A stretch of 64,000 nt of DNA from positions 9,898 through 73,897 of the forward strand of contig MGHI01000020.1 in assembly GCA_001793155.1 (NCBI GenBank), read 5' to 3'. The translations under genes and the position numbers were made by a program. Shown here piece by piece: positions 25,567-35,068 of the stretch. Position 1 is the stretch's first letter. Each line of letters begins with the position of its first letter. Below the pieces are notes generated by a model. The model made no database searches. It was not told where the DNA came from and was given only the letters and a program-made list of their open reading frames with translations. This DNA is from Candidatus Woesebacteria bacterium RIFCSPLOWO2_01_FULL_39_61. GTDB lineage: Bacteria > Patescibacteriota > Microgenomatia > UBA8517.

Positions 25567-27177
25567 ATGTTATCGTACCTTAGTAAATTGATTAATAAGA
25601 TAAGGCTTTGGATTAAAGATAATCCCAGAGAGGCTTTTTTGATTTTTATAATTCTTCTTATTGGAGCTTCTTTCAGGCTTTATAGGATCGGTGAGTATAT
25701 GATTTTTTTGGGCGATGAGGGGAGAGATGCAATTGTCGTGAGGCGTCTTTTGGTGAATTTTGATCCGATACTTATTGGACCTGGAACTTCTATAGGCAAC
25801 ATGTACCTGGGGCCTTTGTATTACTATATGATCGCTCCGGCACTTTTACTCGCTAATTTTTCACCGGTGGGGCCGTCGGTTTTGGTAACCCTTTTTGGAA
25901 TTGCAACTATATTTTTGGTTTGGATGATGGGACGCGAGTGGTTTGGAAATACCGCCGGAATGATAGCCTCGTTTTTTTATTCGATAGCGCCAGTAGTTAT
26001 TACTTTTTCAAAGTCTTCCTGGAACCCTAATATAATGCCTTTTTTTGCTCTGATATCCATATATTCGATTTGGAGAGTTTGGCAATACAAAGAATTTAAG
26101 TGGCTTTTTGCACTTGGAGTATTTTTCGCAATTATTCTTCAATCGCATTATTTAGGTCTGCTTTTAGCTCCCACACTTGGACTATTCTGGGTTTTAACTT
26201 ATTTAAAAAATAGAAAATCAAGTTCTGAAATTAAGAATTTTACAAAATATTCCATATTGGGTATCGGAACTTTTGCTATTCTTATGTCTCCGTTGGTAAT
26301 TTTTGATGCCCGGCACGAATGGCGCAATTTCGGGGCGATAAAATTATTTTTCTTAGAGAGACAAACGACTGTGTCAGCGCGTCCCTGGAGCGGAATTTCA
26401 AAAATACCTGAATTGATCGACCAGGTAAATTTATCTCTCCTTAGTTCACAAAACGCGGATATATCCTGGATTTACACTTATCTTTTTTACCCAGGATTTA
26501 TTGTATTATTCTTATTTATTCTTTTGAAAAGTACCCGGAAGATTTCCCCGGATAAGAAATCTTGGTTAAATATTTTTAAAAAACTAGATTCAAAATACGT
26601 GGCCTCTTACTTTTTACTCGTTGCATGGCTTGGCGTATCTTTTGTAGGCTTATCTTTGTACAAACAACACATATACGACCACTACTATGGTTTTTTCTTT
26701 CCGGCACCCTTTTTATTGGCCGGAGCAGTGAGTCAATATGTAGTTAAAAACTCCAGCCGGTTGGTTAAAATAACACTAGCTGTATTTTTGATATATGCAG
26801 TCTATATAAATTTATCCAATAGCCCAATAAAATACTCACCGAATAGACAAATGCAGAGGGCGGTTGGTGTTGCCAGGGAAATCCAAAAACAGGCAAACGG
26901 TGAGAAATTTAATCTCGCAGTACTGGCTGAGCGAAATTATGAAGACGGATACCAATATTTTTTGGAAAAATGGGGTGAGCCGGTTTACGATATTGACCCC
27001 TTAAAACTCGAGGAAACTTTGGCAAGTCAACTTTTTGTCGTTTGCGAAATGCCGAAGGAAAAATGCGATCCAACCCATAGCCCAAAAGCAGAAGTAGCAA
27101 ATTTCGGCTGGAGCAAGATTGAAGAAGAATGGGAAGTTAACGGAGTAACTGTCTATAAATTAATCCACGCGCAATGA
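25567..27177 (+). CDS. GT-C glycosyltransferase (ArnT/PMT_2-like), family A
   Basis: FRLY..FLGDEGRDA..LIGP..YLGPLYYY, SWNPN, QSHY; multi-TM plus C-terminal soluble domain. Confidence 0.85.
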   Translation: MLSYLSKLINKIRLWIKDNPREAFLIFIILLIGASFRLYRIGEYMIFLGDEGRDAIVVRRLLVNFDPILIGPGTSIGNMYLGPLYYYMIAPALLLANFSPVGPSVLVTLFGIATIFLVWMMGREWFGNTAGMIASFFYSIAPVVITFSKSSWNPNIMPFFALISIYSIWRVWQYKEFKWLFALGVFFAIILQSHYLGLLLAPTLGLFWVLTYLKNRKSSSEIKNFTKYSILGIGTFAILMSPLVIFDARHEWRNFGAIKLFFLERQTTVSARPWSGISKIPELIDQVNLSLLSSQNADISWIYTYLFYPGFIVLFLFILLKSTRKISPDKKSWLNIFKKLDSKYVASYFLLVAWLGVSFVGLSLYKQHIYDHYYGFFFPAPFLLAGAVSQYVVKNSSRLVKITLAVFLIYAVYINLSNSPIKYSPNRQMQRAVGVAREIQKQANGEKFNLAVLAERNYEDGYQYFLEKWGEPVYDIDPLKLEETLASQLFVVCEMPKEKCDPTHSPKAEVANFGWSKIEEEWEVNGVTVYKLIHAQ

Positions 27178-28199
27178 AATTTAAAGAAACAACTTCAAAA
27201 TATCAAACTTTACATTCTCATACTATAGTATCTGATGGATTAATGTCCTACAAGGAAGTTTTGGAAGTTTGTGAATCTAACAATATTGGTGTAGTTGCAT
27301 TTACTGATCATGACAGTGTCCCGAAAGAGTCACGGGTAAAGGAGTTAGTTGATAGGAAAAATAATAAGACTAAGTGGATAATCGGAATTGAAATTTCTGC
27401 TGATAAACCGGATGATTTTGATAAAAAATTTACTCCTCATATTGTCGGTTTGTTTGTGAATCCTTATGACGCAAATCTTCTCAAGCATTGTAAATTAGCT
27501 CAAGAAGCAAGAAAAGAAAGAATGAGCCGTATTGTAAAAAATCTAAATAAAATAGGTTTTATAGTGACTGAGAAAGATTGTTTAGCAGCTTCTAAAGGTG
27601 AAGCAGTTGGTAGTCCGCACATTGTTCAGGCGATTAAATCTAAAAAGGAGAATATTATTTTAATAGAGAAACTAAGAGTTCAAATGAAAAGAGACGCTAA
27701 GGATAACAAAATATTAAAAGAGAAATACGATAAAATGATTAAAAGAGGTGTGGATCAATATCCATATGTTCTGTTTTTAAGTAGTGATTCATATATTCAA
27801 GGAATATATGTTAATTACCTTTATCGAATTGATTTGGATACAAGCGTCAAACTGATTAGAGACGCAGGAGGTCTGGCATTCTTTGCCCATTGGTTCACAG
27901 AAATTGAAGATTGCGATGCATATTTGATGGAGAAATTATTAAAAGAAAACCGTATTGACGGCGCCGAAACTATTTACGGATTTTATGACAATATTAAAAA
28001 AGATTTTATAAAACAAAGAGAAATACTACAGTCTTTAATTAAAAAATATAATAGACTGGAAAGCGGTGGAGTAGACGCACATAATAAAAACCAAATAGAA
28101 GATTTTGCCAAAGACGAATGGTATGCTGGACTGACTATCGGAATGACAGAAAGAATATTATCCAGCGGTAAGGTTGATAAGAAATGGAGCTCTTTATGA
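27174..28199 (+). CDS. PHP-domain phosphoesterase (TrpH/YciV-like)
   Basis: LHSHTIVSDG, FTDHD, GIEIS, HIVG, AHW, GGVDAH. Confidence 0.88.
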   Translation: MKFKETTSKYQTLHSHTIVSDGLMSYKEVLEVCESNNIGVVAFTDHDSVPKESRVKELVDRKNNKTKWIIGIEISADKPDDFDKKFTPHIVGLFVNPYDANLLKHCKLAQEARKERMSRIVKNLNKIGFIVTEKDCLAASKGEAVGSPHIVQAIKSKKENIILIEKLRVQMKRDAKDNKILKEKYDKMIKRGVDQYPYVLFLSSDSYIQGIYVNYLYRIDLDTSVKLIRDAGGLAFFAHWFTEIEDCDAYLMEKLLKENRIDGAETIYGFYDNIKKDFIKQREILQSLIKKYNRLESGGVDAHNKNQIEDFAKDEWYAGLTIGMTERILSSGKVDKKWSSL

Positions 28200-28254
28200 T
28201 TTATTATTTTCCTTATGATCAAGCTGTAGAAAAAAACAGATGTTTCCAAAAAAT

Positions 28255-28659
28255 ATGCCAAAAAAAATCAGAAAATTTAAATTTGAAAAATTGGCCAGAG
28301 ATGAAATAGTGCAGGGGATTATCGGAGCCGGTAATAAACCCACACTCCGTACGTTGATGACCGACGAGTATATAGAAGAGCTTAAGAAAAAGATTCTGGA
28401 AGAAGCAATGGAGCTAAATAAAGCAAAAGAAAAGGAGGAGATTTTGGAGGAATTGGCAGACATAGAGGAAGTTACCGAAAATATTCTCAGAGCATTCGGG
28501 TTGAGAAAATACGAAATCCTGAAAATCCAGCGAAAGAAAAATGCCAAAAGAGGGTCGTTCAAGAAAAGACATTACGTGGAAAAAGTCGAAGTGGAAGATG
28601 GGAATGAATGGCTCGACTATTATCTTTCAAACCCCGATAAATATCCTGAAATTAAATAA
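28255..28659 (+). CDS. MazG/PRA-PH-like nucleoside triphosphate pyrophosphohydrolase
   Basis: KLARDEI, LKKKILEEAMEL, EELADIEEV, KNAKRGSF. Confidence 0.85.
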   Translation: MPKKIRKFKFEKLARDEIVQGIIGAGNKPTLRTLMTDEYIEELKKKILEEAMELNKAKEKEEILEELADIEEVTENILRAFGLRKYEILKIQRKKNAKRGSFKKRHYVEKVEVEDGNEWLDYYLSNPDKYPEIK

Positions 28660-28707
28660 TTTAGCCTCTCTGGTTATCTTCGGTCGATTTAGTGGTAAAA
28701 TTTTAGC

Positions 28708-30261
28708 GTGAAGTCTAAGTTTGCAGGTCTGCAAAAAAAATTTACTAATTGGCGAAAAAGTTTTGGTGTGGAAATAAATTCTCATCTGGCTTTGTACATT
28801 ATATTGGTATTTATATTTATCACCGCCTTTTTTGTCAGAGTTTATAGGGTCGGGGATTTGATGTGGTTTTATTACGATCAAGGCAGGGACGCACTCAGGA
28901 TTTGGGAATTTTGGCATCAGGGAAAACCATTTTTGGTTGGACCAGTCACCGGTTTGGCCGGAATATTTTTGGGACCATTCTATTATTATTTGATAGCCCC
29001 CTTTTATTTATTGGGGGGAGGGAATCCAGTATACCCGGCGGTATTTTTAGCATTTCTTTCGACAATCGCTCTGGCCCCCCTTTATATTTTGGGCTGGAAG
29101 ATGCACTCCAGGGCGACGGGACTTATTGCCACTATTATCGTCGGATTTTCCTATTATCTTGTTCTTGCCGGGAGATGGTTAGCTAATCCCACACCAATTC
29201 TTTTAACCAGCATACTGCTTTTGTTTTCAATGTGGAGAATAAGTCTCGGAAAAAATAAATATTGGTGGCTAGTTATAACCTTACTTATCGGAATTTCGCT
29301 GCAGCTTGAGGCGGCTAGTGCGGTCTTTTATCTTCCGATGATTCTGATTTTCGCTGTTTGGCAAAGAAAAAACTTACCTAATGTCAAAACCGCTGTTGTT
29401 TTGGGAATTCTTTTTTTGGTTACACTTTTACCCCAAATTGTATTTGATTTTCGGCACGAACATATATTATTAAATAATTTCAAAAGAGTTTTATTAGAGG
29501 AAAAAAGTTTCAGGACACCTTTATACAGTGTTTTGGATACCCGTCTCAGGTATTTTTGGAATGTTTACAATTCAAAGATATTTCCCGGAAGAGAGGGTTA
29601 TGCGAAACTTTTCACAACCGTATCTTTAATTGCGCTGATTTCTTCGTTTAAAAAAAAGAAAACGCCGTTAACGTTGCTAATAATTTTTCTAGGGATTCCA
29701 ATGTTGGGTTACATCTTTTTCCAGGGTAATTTCGGAAATATTTATGACTATTACATGACTGGATATTTTTTACCGATGATGCTACTTCTATCTTTGGGTT
29801 TTGGAATTTTGTGGGAAGATAAGCTGGGAAAAATTGCAGTCACAGCTTTTTTTGTCTTATTTCTAATGATAAACGTTACGAATTTAAAGAATTATTTAAT
29901 TGCCGGAGTTGATGGGCCCACACACATAACTCTGGGGAATGAGAAACAAGCGGTCAATTGGATCTTTGATGACGCTGGAAAAAAGAGATTGCAAGAGTTT
30001 AATGTTGAAACATATGTCCCGCCTGTTATCTCTCACTCATACGACTATCTTTATTTGTGGTTGGGTACCAAAAGGTGCGGAAAAGGTTTATGCGGACTGG
30101 TAAAAGATCGAAATACAGAGATTTTTTATGCCCTGTACGAAGTAGATCCACCTCACCCTGAAAGACTGGCAGAATGGTTGGGTAGATACGGGAATAGCAC
30201 CATTATTGAAGAACAAGAAAAGTTTGGAGGAATTACTGTCGAGCGGAGAAAAAGAATTTAG
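28708..30261 (+). CDS. GT-C glycosyltransferase (ArnT/PMT_2-like), family A
   Basis: VRVY..FYYDQGRDA..LVGP..FLGPFYYY, WLANP; multi-TM. TGgTAAAAT lies 6 nt before the GTG. Confidence 0.85.
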   Translation: MKSKFAGLQKKFTNWRKSFGVEINSHLALYIILVFIFITAFFVRVYRVGDLMWFYYDQGRDALRIWEFWHQGKPFLVGPVTGLAGIFLGPFYYYLIAPFYLLGGGNPVYPAVFLAFLSTIALAPLYILGWKMHSRATGLIATIIVGFSYYLVLAGRWLANPTPILLTSILLLFSMWRISLGKNKYWWLVITLLIGISLQLEAASAVFYLPMILIFAVWQRKNLPNVKTAVVLGILFLVTLLPQIVFDFRHEHILLNNFKRVLLEEKSFRTPLYSVLDTRLRYFWNVYNSKIFPGREGYAKLFTTVSLIALISSFKKKKTPLTLLIIFLGIPMLGYIFFQGNFGNIYDYYMTGYFLPMMLLLSLGFGILWEDKLGKIAVTAFFVLFLMINVTNLKNYLIAGVDGPTHITLGNEKQAVNWIFDDAGKKRLQEFNVETYVPPVISHSYDYLYLWLGTKRCGKGLCGLVKDRNTEIFYALYEVDPPHPERLAEWLGRYGNSTIIEEQEKFGGITVERRKRI

Positions 30262-30321
30262 GAAATATTCAAATTCCCCTGCTTACATCTTTTGGAGCCT
30301 ACAAAATTTTTTATAGAAAAT

Positions 30322-30361
30322 TTCAAGAAAACCCCGATATTTCTATCGGGGATGAATTGAA
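30322..30361. repeat. hairpin resembling an IS200/IS605 subterminal end; may act as bidirectional terminator
   Basis: TTCAA-GAAAA-CCCCGATA-TTTC-TATCGGGG-ATGAA-TTGAA between convergent genes. Confidence 0.55.
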
Positions 30362-30364
30362 CTT

Positions 30365-32725
30365 TTATATGTCATCCTCCTTAGTGGACGCTCCGCATTG
30401 AAATGCGGCGTGGATATCATCATTAAATTTTTCAATATATTCCGGTCGCATCAAAGTCGAGTTATTTCTAAAGGTTCTTAACAAAAAGTATTCTGTTATT
30501 GGCCTGTCGTCGGAAACTGCTTCTGCTCCATCGACAAATTTGCTGATAACCTCTCTGTCGCCCAAAATCCTTTCGCATATGCTTTCTATCGTAATAAGAG
30601 GAATGTTAATTTTTATCGTTCCATCTAAAAGTGTTTTGTTATTATCTGCATAAACTATTGGGTCTGTGAGTTTCACGGCAATTATTTTTTGATCAAAAGG
30701 GATGGGTTTTTCGCTTCCGATCAAATAGAAACCGCTAGTAATCACCGAGTTAATAGCAAGAACATTCGGAAACTCATCAATAAAACTTCTAAAAAGATGA
30801 GTAAAATCATCAACTGATGCACCGGTATAAAACCAGGCGACAAATAATCCGCCGTCGTTTAAAATTCTTTTACTATCGTGATAAAACTCTCTCGAATACA
30901 AAACCGTTGTTCCTGCTGCATTTACAGGGGGAGGAGGGTCAACCACGATAATGTCATATTTTTCCTTGGTTGTACGGGCATAATTTCTCCCATCGTCAAT
31001 AAAAATTCTTCCGCGGGGATTAGTAAGTACTGTCTCAGCATCAGCGTGGAAAAGATGAAACATTTTGGGTACCGAGGGAACAAGATCTACTGCATCAACT
31101 GAGAGATTAGGATGAATAAGTGCCGAGCGGTAGGTCCCCCCCATACCAAAAGCAATAACAAGCATCTTTTGAGGATTCGGGTGTATCGAAATTGGCAAAT
31201 GTGCCAGAAGCGTAGTATCCGGACCGGGAGAGGTTGTCTGAACTCCGTCGATAAGCAATGCTTTATCAGTTCCTCCTATTTGGCTATAACCCAAAACAGT
31301 TGCAACTTCATCTTCTAAGAACATTTCTTCATAGTTACCCCGTTCCCGAATCACTTGAATCCTTTGTTTGATTTTTGCACTTTGGAGAGTAAGGGGGTCC
31401 AACTTTATAAGCCAATAGGAAAATACAATTAGAATAGCTAAAGACACGACTGAAATTTTCTGTAAAGATCTAGAAATGATATTGTCACTTAAAGTAAGTA
31501 TGAGTGCCAGTACAAAATTAAAAATTCCTAAAATAACAATTCCTTTTATTGTCCCAAAGATCGGTATGACCAAATAAGCGGCGGCAACAGAACCAAATAT
31601 TGACCCGATAGTGTTCCCGGCATACGAAATCCCGACAGTCTCGCCGATTTTTTTCTTCTTGGAAAAATATTTAATAACAACAGGAAACGTCATACCCATT
31701 AAGAGGGTTCCCGGAATAATCGTTAAAAACACTTTTATCAGAGTGGGAATATTTATAAAGTTTGAATTTACGAGAATCGATGCAATTGCCGACAGTCCGA
31801 TTCCTGCCTCAAATAATCCGAATATAAAAACAGGACTTTTACTCTTTTCAAATAAAAATTCAAATAAATAACTTCCTATTGCAATACCCAATAAATAAAC
31901 ACTTAAAACGCCGGCAAAAGCGTAAATAAAGGTTCCTGTGGATGGCGTCAAAAGCCGTGTCCACAAAACCTCGTAGCATAAGGAAATGAGGCCCGATGCT
32001 CCGAAAGCAACTAAAACAAGTCTGTCCTTATTCGTAAAATCTATTTTATCAACTAGTTTGGGGGGTGTTTCTTTTCGATACACCGGTACAAAAAATCTAC
32101 TTTTCGAGAGTGTTACGATAACAATAGAAATGAGTATATTTATGCTTACGGATAAAATTAAGGATAGCTTCAAACCCAGAATTTCTATTAAGAAATAGGC
32201 AGTCAGTATGGTTCCAACTACTGCTCCGAGCGTATTTATTGCATAGAGGCGGCTTGTGGCAGAGACAAGTTTCTTGTCACGTTTGGCGAAAAAAGTAATT
32301 AATGTAGGCAAAGTGCCTCCCATTGCAACCGTCGCCGGCAAGATTGCTAAGGATGCGAGAATAAACTTATAAGCTAGCACGAGCTGTAATGAATTTGAAA
32401 AAAGTGAATGAGTACTCTTGTAAATATCTCTAATTGCGGGAAACATAAATAAAGTAGAAAAAGAAAAGATACCTATTAAAAACTCCAGGACTCCATAAAC
32501 TAAAAGTAGGTTTTTCGCCCTGTCAGAAAATTTACCAATTAGATAACTCCCGAGTGCTAGTCCAGCCATGAATGACGCTAAAACCGCGACAGTAGAGTGA
32601 GTGGTGCTTCCGAAGATAACCAGTAGTTGACGAATCCAAACAACTTGGTAAACAAGACCTGTCCCACCGGATGCAAAGAATATGATGTACATTGTAAAGG
32701 TCAGGGTTTTATTTTTTTTCACCAT
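30365..32725 (-). CDS. fused membrane (MFS-like)/spermidine synthase-like SAM-dependent transferase
   Basis: SGGTGLVYQVVWIRQL, YAINTLGA and a repeated half; C-term LVIAFGMGGT, VDLVP, DDGRNY, YDIIVVDPPPP, LYSREFY. Confidence 0.88.
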   Translation of the reverse strand: MVKKNKTLTFTMYIIFFASGGTGLVYQVVWIRQLLVIFGSTTHSTVAVLASFMAGLALGSYLIGKFSDRAKNLLLVYGVLEFLIGIFSFSTLFMFPAIRDIYKSTHSLFSNSLQLVLAYKFILASLAILPATVAMGGTLPTLITFFAKRDKKLVSATSRLYAINTLGAVVGTILTAYFLIEILGLKLSLILSVSINILISIVIVTLSKSRFFVPVYRKETPPKLVDKIDFTNKDRLVLVAFGASGLISLCYEVLWTRLLTPSTGTFIYAFAGVLSVYLLGIAIGSYLFEFLFEKSKSPVFIFGLFEAGIGLSAIASILVNSNFINIPTLIKVFLTIIPGTLLMGMTFPVVIKYFSKKKKIGETVGISYAGNTIGSIFGSVAAAYLVIPIFGTIKGIVILGIFNFVLALILTLSDNIISRSLQKISVVSLAILIVFSYWLIKLDPLTLQSAKIKQRIQVIRERGNYEEMFLEDEVATVLGYSQIGGTDKALLIDGVQTTSPGPDTTLLAHLPISIHPNPQKMLVIAFGMGGTYRSALIHPNLSVDAVDLVPSVPKMFHLFHADAETVLTNPRGRIFIDDGRNYARTTKEKYDIIVVDPPPPVNAAGTTVLYSREFYHDSKRILNDGGLFVAWFYTGASVDDFTHLFRSFIDEFPNVLAINSVITSGFYLIGSEKPIPFDQKIIAVKLTDPIVYADNNKTLLDGTIKINIPLITIESICERILGDREVISKFVDGAEAVSDDRPITEYFLLRTFRNNSTLMRPEYIEKFNDDIHAAFQCGASTKEDDI

Positions 32726-32816
32726 ACAAAGAATATCACAAAATCTAAACCAGCTATATCAGTTCATTGAATCAGTTCACGTTTGGTGTAAAAATAGATT
32801 ATATCAACCGAAAAAA

Positions 32817-34298
32817 ATGAAAATTAGATACGACCTAAGAAGGAATTGTCTTATTTTAATTATCTTAATTTTAGGACTATTTTTGAGACTTTATAAGGCA
32901 CAAGAATTATTTTTATACGGCCACGATCATGATCTTGCCGGGTGGTTTGTTAGAGACGTAGTAGAAAACATGCACTTTCGTTTAATAGGCCAAGAAACTT
33001 CAACACAAGGAATTTTTATAGGGCCAGTTTACTACTATTTGTTGGTTCCTTTTTACCTTTTATCAGGAATGGACCCGATAGGAGGAGTTATTTTAGTGAC
33101 GTTTTTGGGCCTTATTAGTATCTGGAGTGTTTACTGGATTTTTTCAAAAATTTTTGACAAAAACACTGGATTAATCGGTGCATTTATTTACGCTACTTCT
33201 TTCTATTTAGTTTTTAACGACAGGGAAGTTGTTCCGACAATGCCTGTAATACTATGGACTTTATGGCTTTTGTATGCTATCCACTTATTATTAAAAAGAA
33301 ACATAGGGCGTGGACTTATCTTGTCGGGAATTTTAATCGGGTTAATTTGGAATTTAAATTTTGCTCTCATACTTACCGTTCCACTTTTGGTGGTTGCGCT
33401 CTTGTTGCAAGGGAAAAAGTTCGATAAGTTCGTAATTATTCCCGGTGCTTTAACCCTTTTAGGTACCTTACTACCCTTATTGCTTTTTGAAGTAAAACAC
33501 GGATTTATCCAGACAAAGGCTTTTTTTGTCGCCCTCACAACTCCGCAGCGTGATATTTTTTCCGGTTCGGAAAAGTTGCAAAGAGTGATCCACCTCGCAA
33601 GCAAAAACATTTCGGGATTCCTGTGGGGTGATGTTGGGATAAATTACACTTGGGCGGCAATCACAATTCTTCTTATATTCTTATTCTTGACAATTAAGAA
33701 AATAATAAAAAGAGAGTGGATAATTCTGTTTTCCCTTTGGATCATCACCTACGTAGTATTTTTTTCTTTGTATTCAAAGGCGGTTTCCGAGTATTACCTA
33801 AACGGAATTACCGTTATTTGGATTACGCTACTCTCACTTTTCCTGTCTTATCTTTTTTCACTTAAAAAATATAAAATACTTGGGATCATATGCTTGAGTA
33901 TTTTTCTTATATCTAATGTATATCGCATTTTAAGTGTACACGTAAATAAAAGTGGTTACGTCTATAGAAAAGAGCTGGTAAAAGAAATAAAAGCCGATGC
34001 CCGACTTCATAGTTATCCCTGTGTTGCGGTTTCTTATATTACAAATCCCGGATATGACTTAGGATATAGATACTTTTTCTACTTAGAAAATATGCATGTA
34101 AATAAACCTAATTCAGGAAGTCCAGTATATACTATTGTTTTTCCCCTTAACGAAAACCTTTTTCCGGCTGGTAAAACATTTGGCGCATTAGGATTAATTT
34201 ATCCGGATTATGGAAAGTATGATGGCGGTCAAGTTACAATAAGCTGTTCCGGTGCGAATTCCAATTTAACAGATCCTATGTTCGGGTTCACAAAATAA
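32817..34298 (+). CDS. GT-C glycosyltransferase (ArnT/PMT_2-like), family A
   Basis: LRLY..YGHDHDL..LIGQETS..FIGPVYYY; multi-TM. Start moved to 32817 to avoid overlap with the divergent gene. Confidence 0.82.
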   Translation: MKIRYDLRRNCLILIILILGLFLRLYKAQELFLYGHDHDLAGWFVRDVVENMHFRLIGQETSTQGIFIGPVYYYLLVPFYLLSGMDPIGGVILVTFLGLISIWSVYWIFSKIFDKNTGLIGAFIYATSFYLVFNDREVVPTMPVILWTLWLLYAIHLLLKRNIGRGLILSGILIGLIWNLNFALILTVPLLVVALLLQGKKFDKFVIIPGALTLLGTLLPLLLFEVKHGFIQTKAFFVALTTPQRDIFSGSEKLQRVIHLASKNISGFLWGDVGINYTWAAITILLIFLFLTIKKIIKREWIILFSLWIITYVVFFSLYSKAVSEYYLNGITVIWITLLSLFLSYLFSLKKYKILGIICLSIFLISNVYRILSVHVNKSGYVYRKELVKEIKADARLHSYPCVAVSYITNPGYDLGYRYFFYLENMHVNKPNSGSPVYTIVFPLNENLFPAGKTFGALGLIYPDYGKYDGGQVTISCSGANSNLTDPMFGFTK

Positions 34299-34300
34299 AA

Positions 34301-35068
34301 ATGAAAAAAATATTTTTGTCGGTTATTATCCCCTGTTATAACGAAAGCGAGAATCTTAAAAGAGGAGTTTTAACTCAGGTGTATGAATTTTTGAAAACTG
34401 AAAAATTTGACTGGGAAGTGCTGGTTTCTGATGACGGAAGTTCCGACGAGAGTAAAATTATTGTTAAAAAACAAATAAAAAACTGGAAGAATTTCAGATT
34501 CTTGGAAAATCCTCACGGTGGAAAACCATCCGCGCTTTGGTATGGAATAAAGAAAGCTGGGGGTAAGTTCGTTCTTTTTTCCGATATGGACCAGTCAACA
34601 CCCATTGATCAACTGACAAAACTTCTTCCTTTTATTAGCGAAAAAGTTGGGGCAGTCATAGGTTCCAGAGGTTTAGTGCGTAAAAACTTCCCTTTATACC
34701 GCAAGATTGGCTCCATTGTTTTTATGGCAGTGAGAAAACTTTTTATTTTACCCGAGATAGACGATACCCAGTGCGGTTTTAAACTTTTCCAAACAAAAGT
34801 TGTTAAAAAAGTGTTTCCGATGCTGGAATTTTTCAGAAAAATGACTAAGGCTAAAGGCTGGACGGTAACAAGTTGGGATGTGGAACTTTTGCATATTATT
34901 AAGAAAATGGGGTATACAATTGAAGAAGTACCGGTTTTTTGGGAAGATATAGATATAAGCAAAGGTAAAGGAGGATCGTTAAAAAGATACCTTCGCGAAT
35001 CCAAAGAAATGATAATCCAAATAACTAAAGTAAAATTAAATGATATACGGGGAATTTATGGACCTTAA
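34301..35068 (+). CDS. dolichyl/polyprenol-phosphate glucosyltransferase-like GT2
   Basis: IIPCYNE, SDDGSSD, HGGK, FSDMDQSTP, DTQCGFK, WDVELL, EVPVFW. Confidence 0.9.
   Translation: MKKIFLSVIIPCYNESENLKRGVLTQVYEFLKTEKFDWEVLVSDDGSSDESKIIVKKQIKNWKNFRFLENPHGGKPSALWYGIKKAGGKFVLFSDMDQSTPIDQLTKLLPFISEKVGAVIGSRGLVRKNFPLYRKIGSIVFMAVRKLFILPEIDDTQCGFKLFQTKVVKKVFPMLEFFRKMTKAKGWTVTSWDVELLHIIKKMGYTIEEVPVFWEDIDISKGKGGSLKRYLRESKEMIIQITKVKLNDIRGIYGP

Noticed and set aside
28194..28562. 122-aa Ser/Phe-rich minus-strand ORF
   Set aside because: It is the antisense reading of the Glu/Lys-rich MazG-like gene.
30365..32725. Naming this gene speE
   Set aside because: It has a large membrane domain and lacks the canonical GGGDG loop, so true spermidine synthase activity is unsupported.
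32682..32816. Head-to-head overlap between the GT-C ORF and the spermidine-synthase-like gene
   Set aside because: Artefact of longest-ORF calling; ATG 32817 gives a normal N-terminus matching the paralogs.
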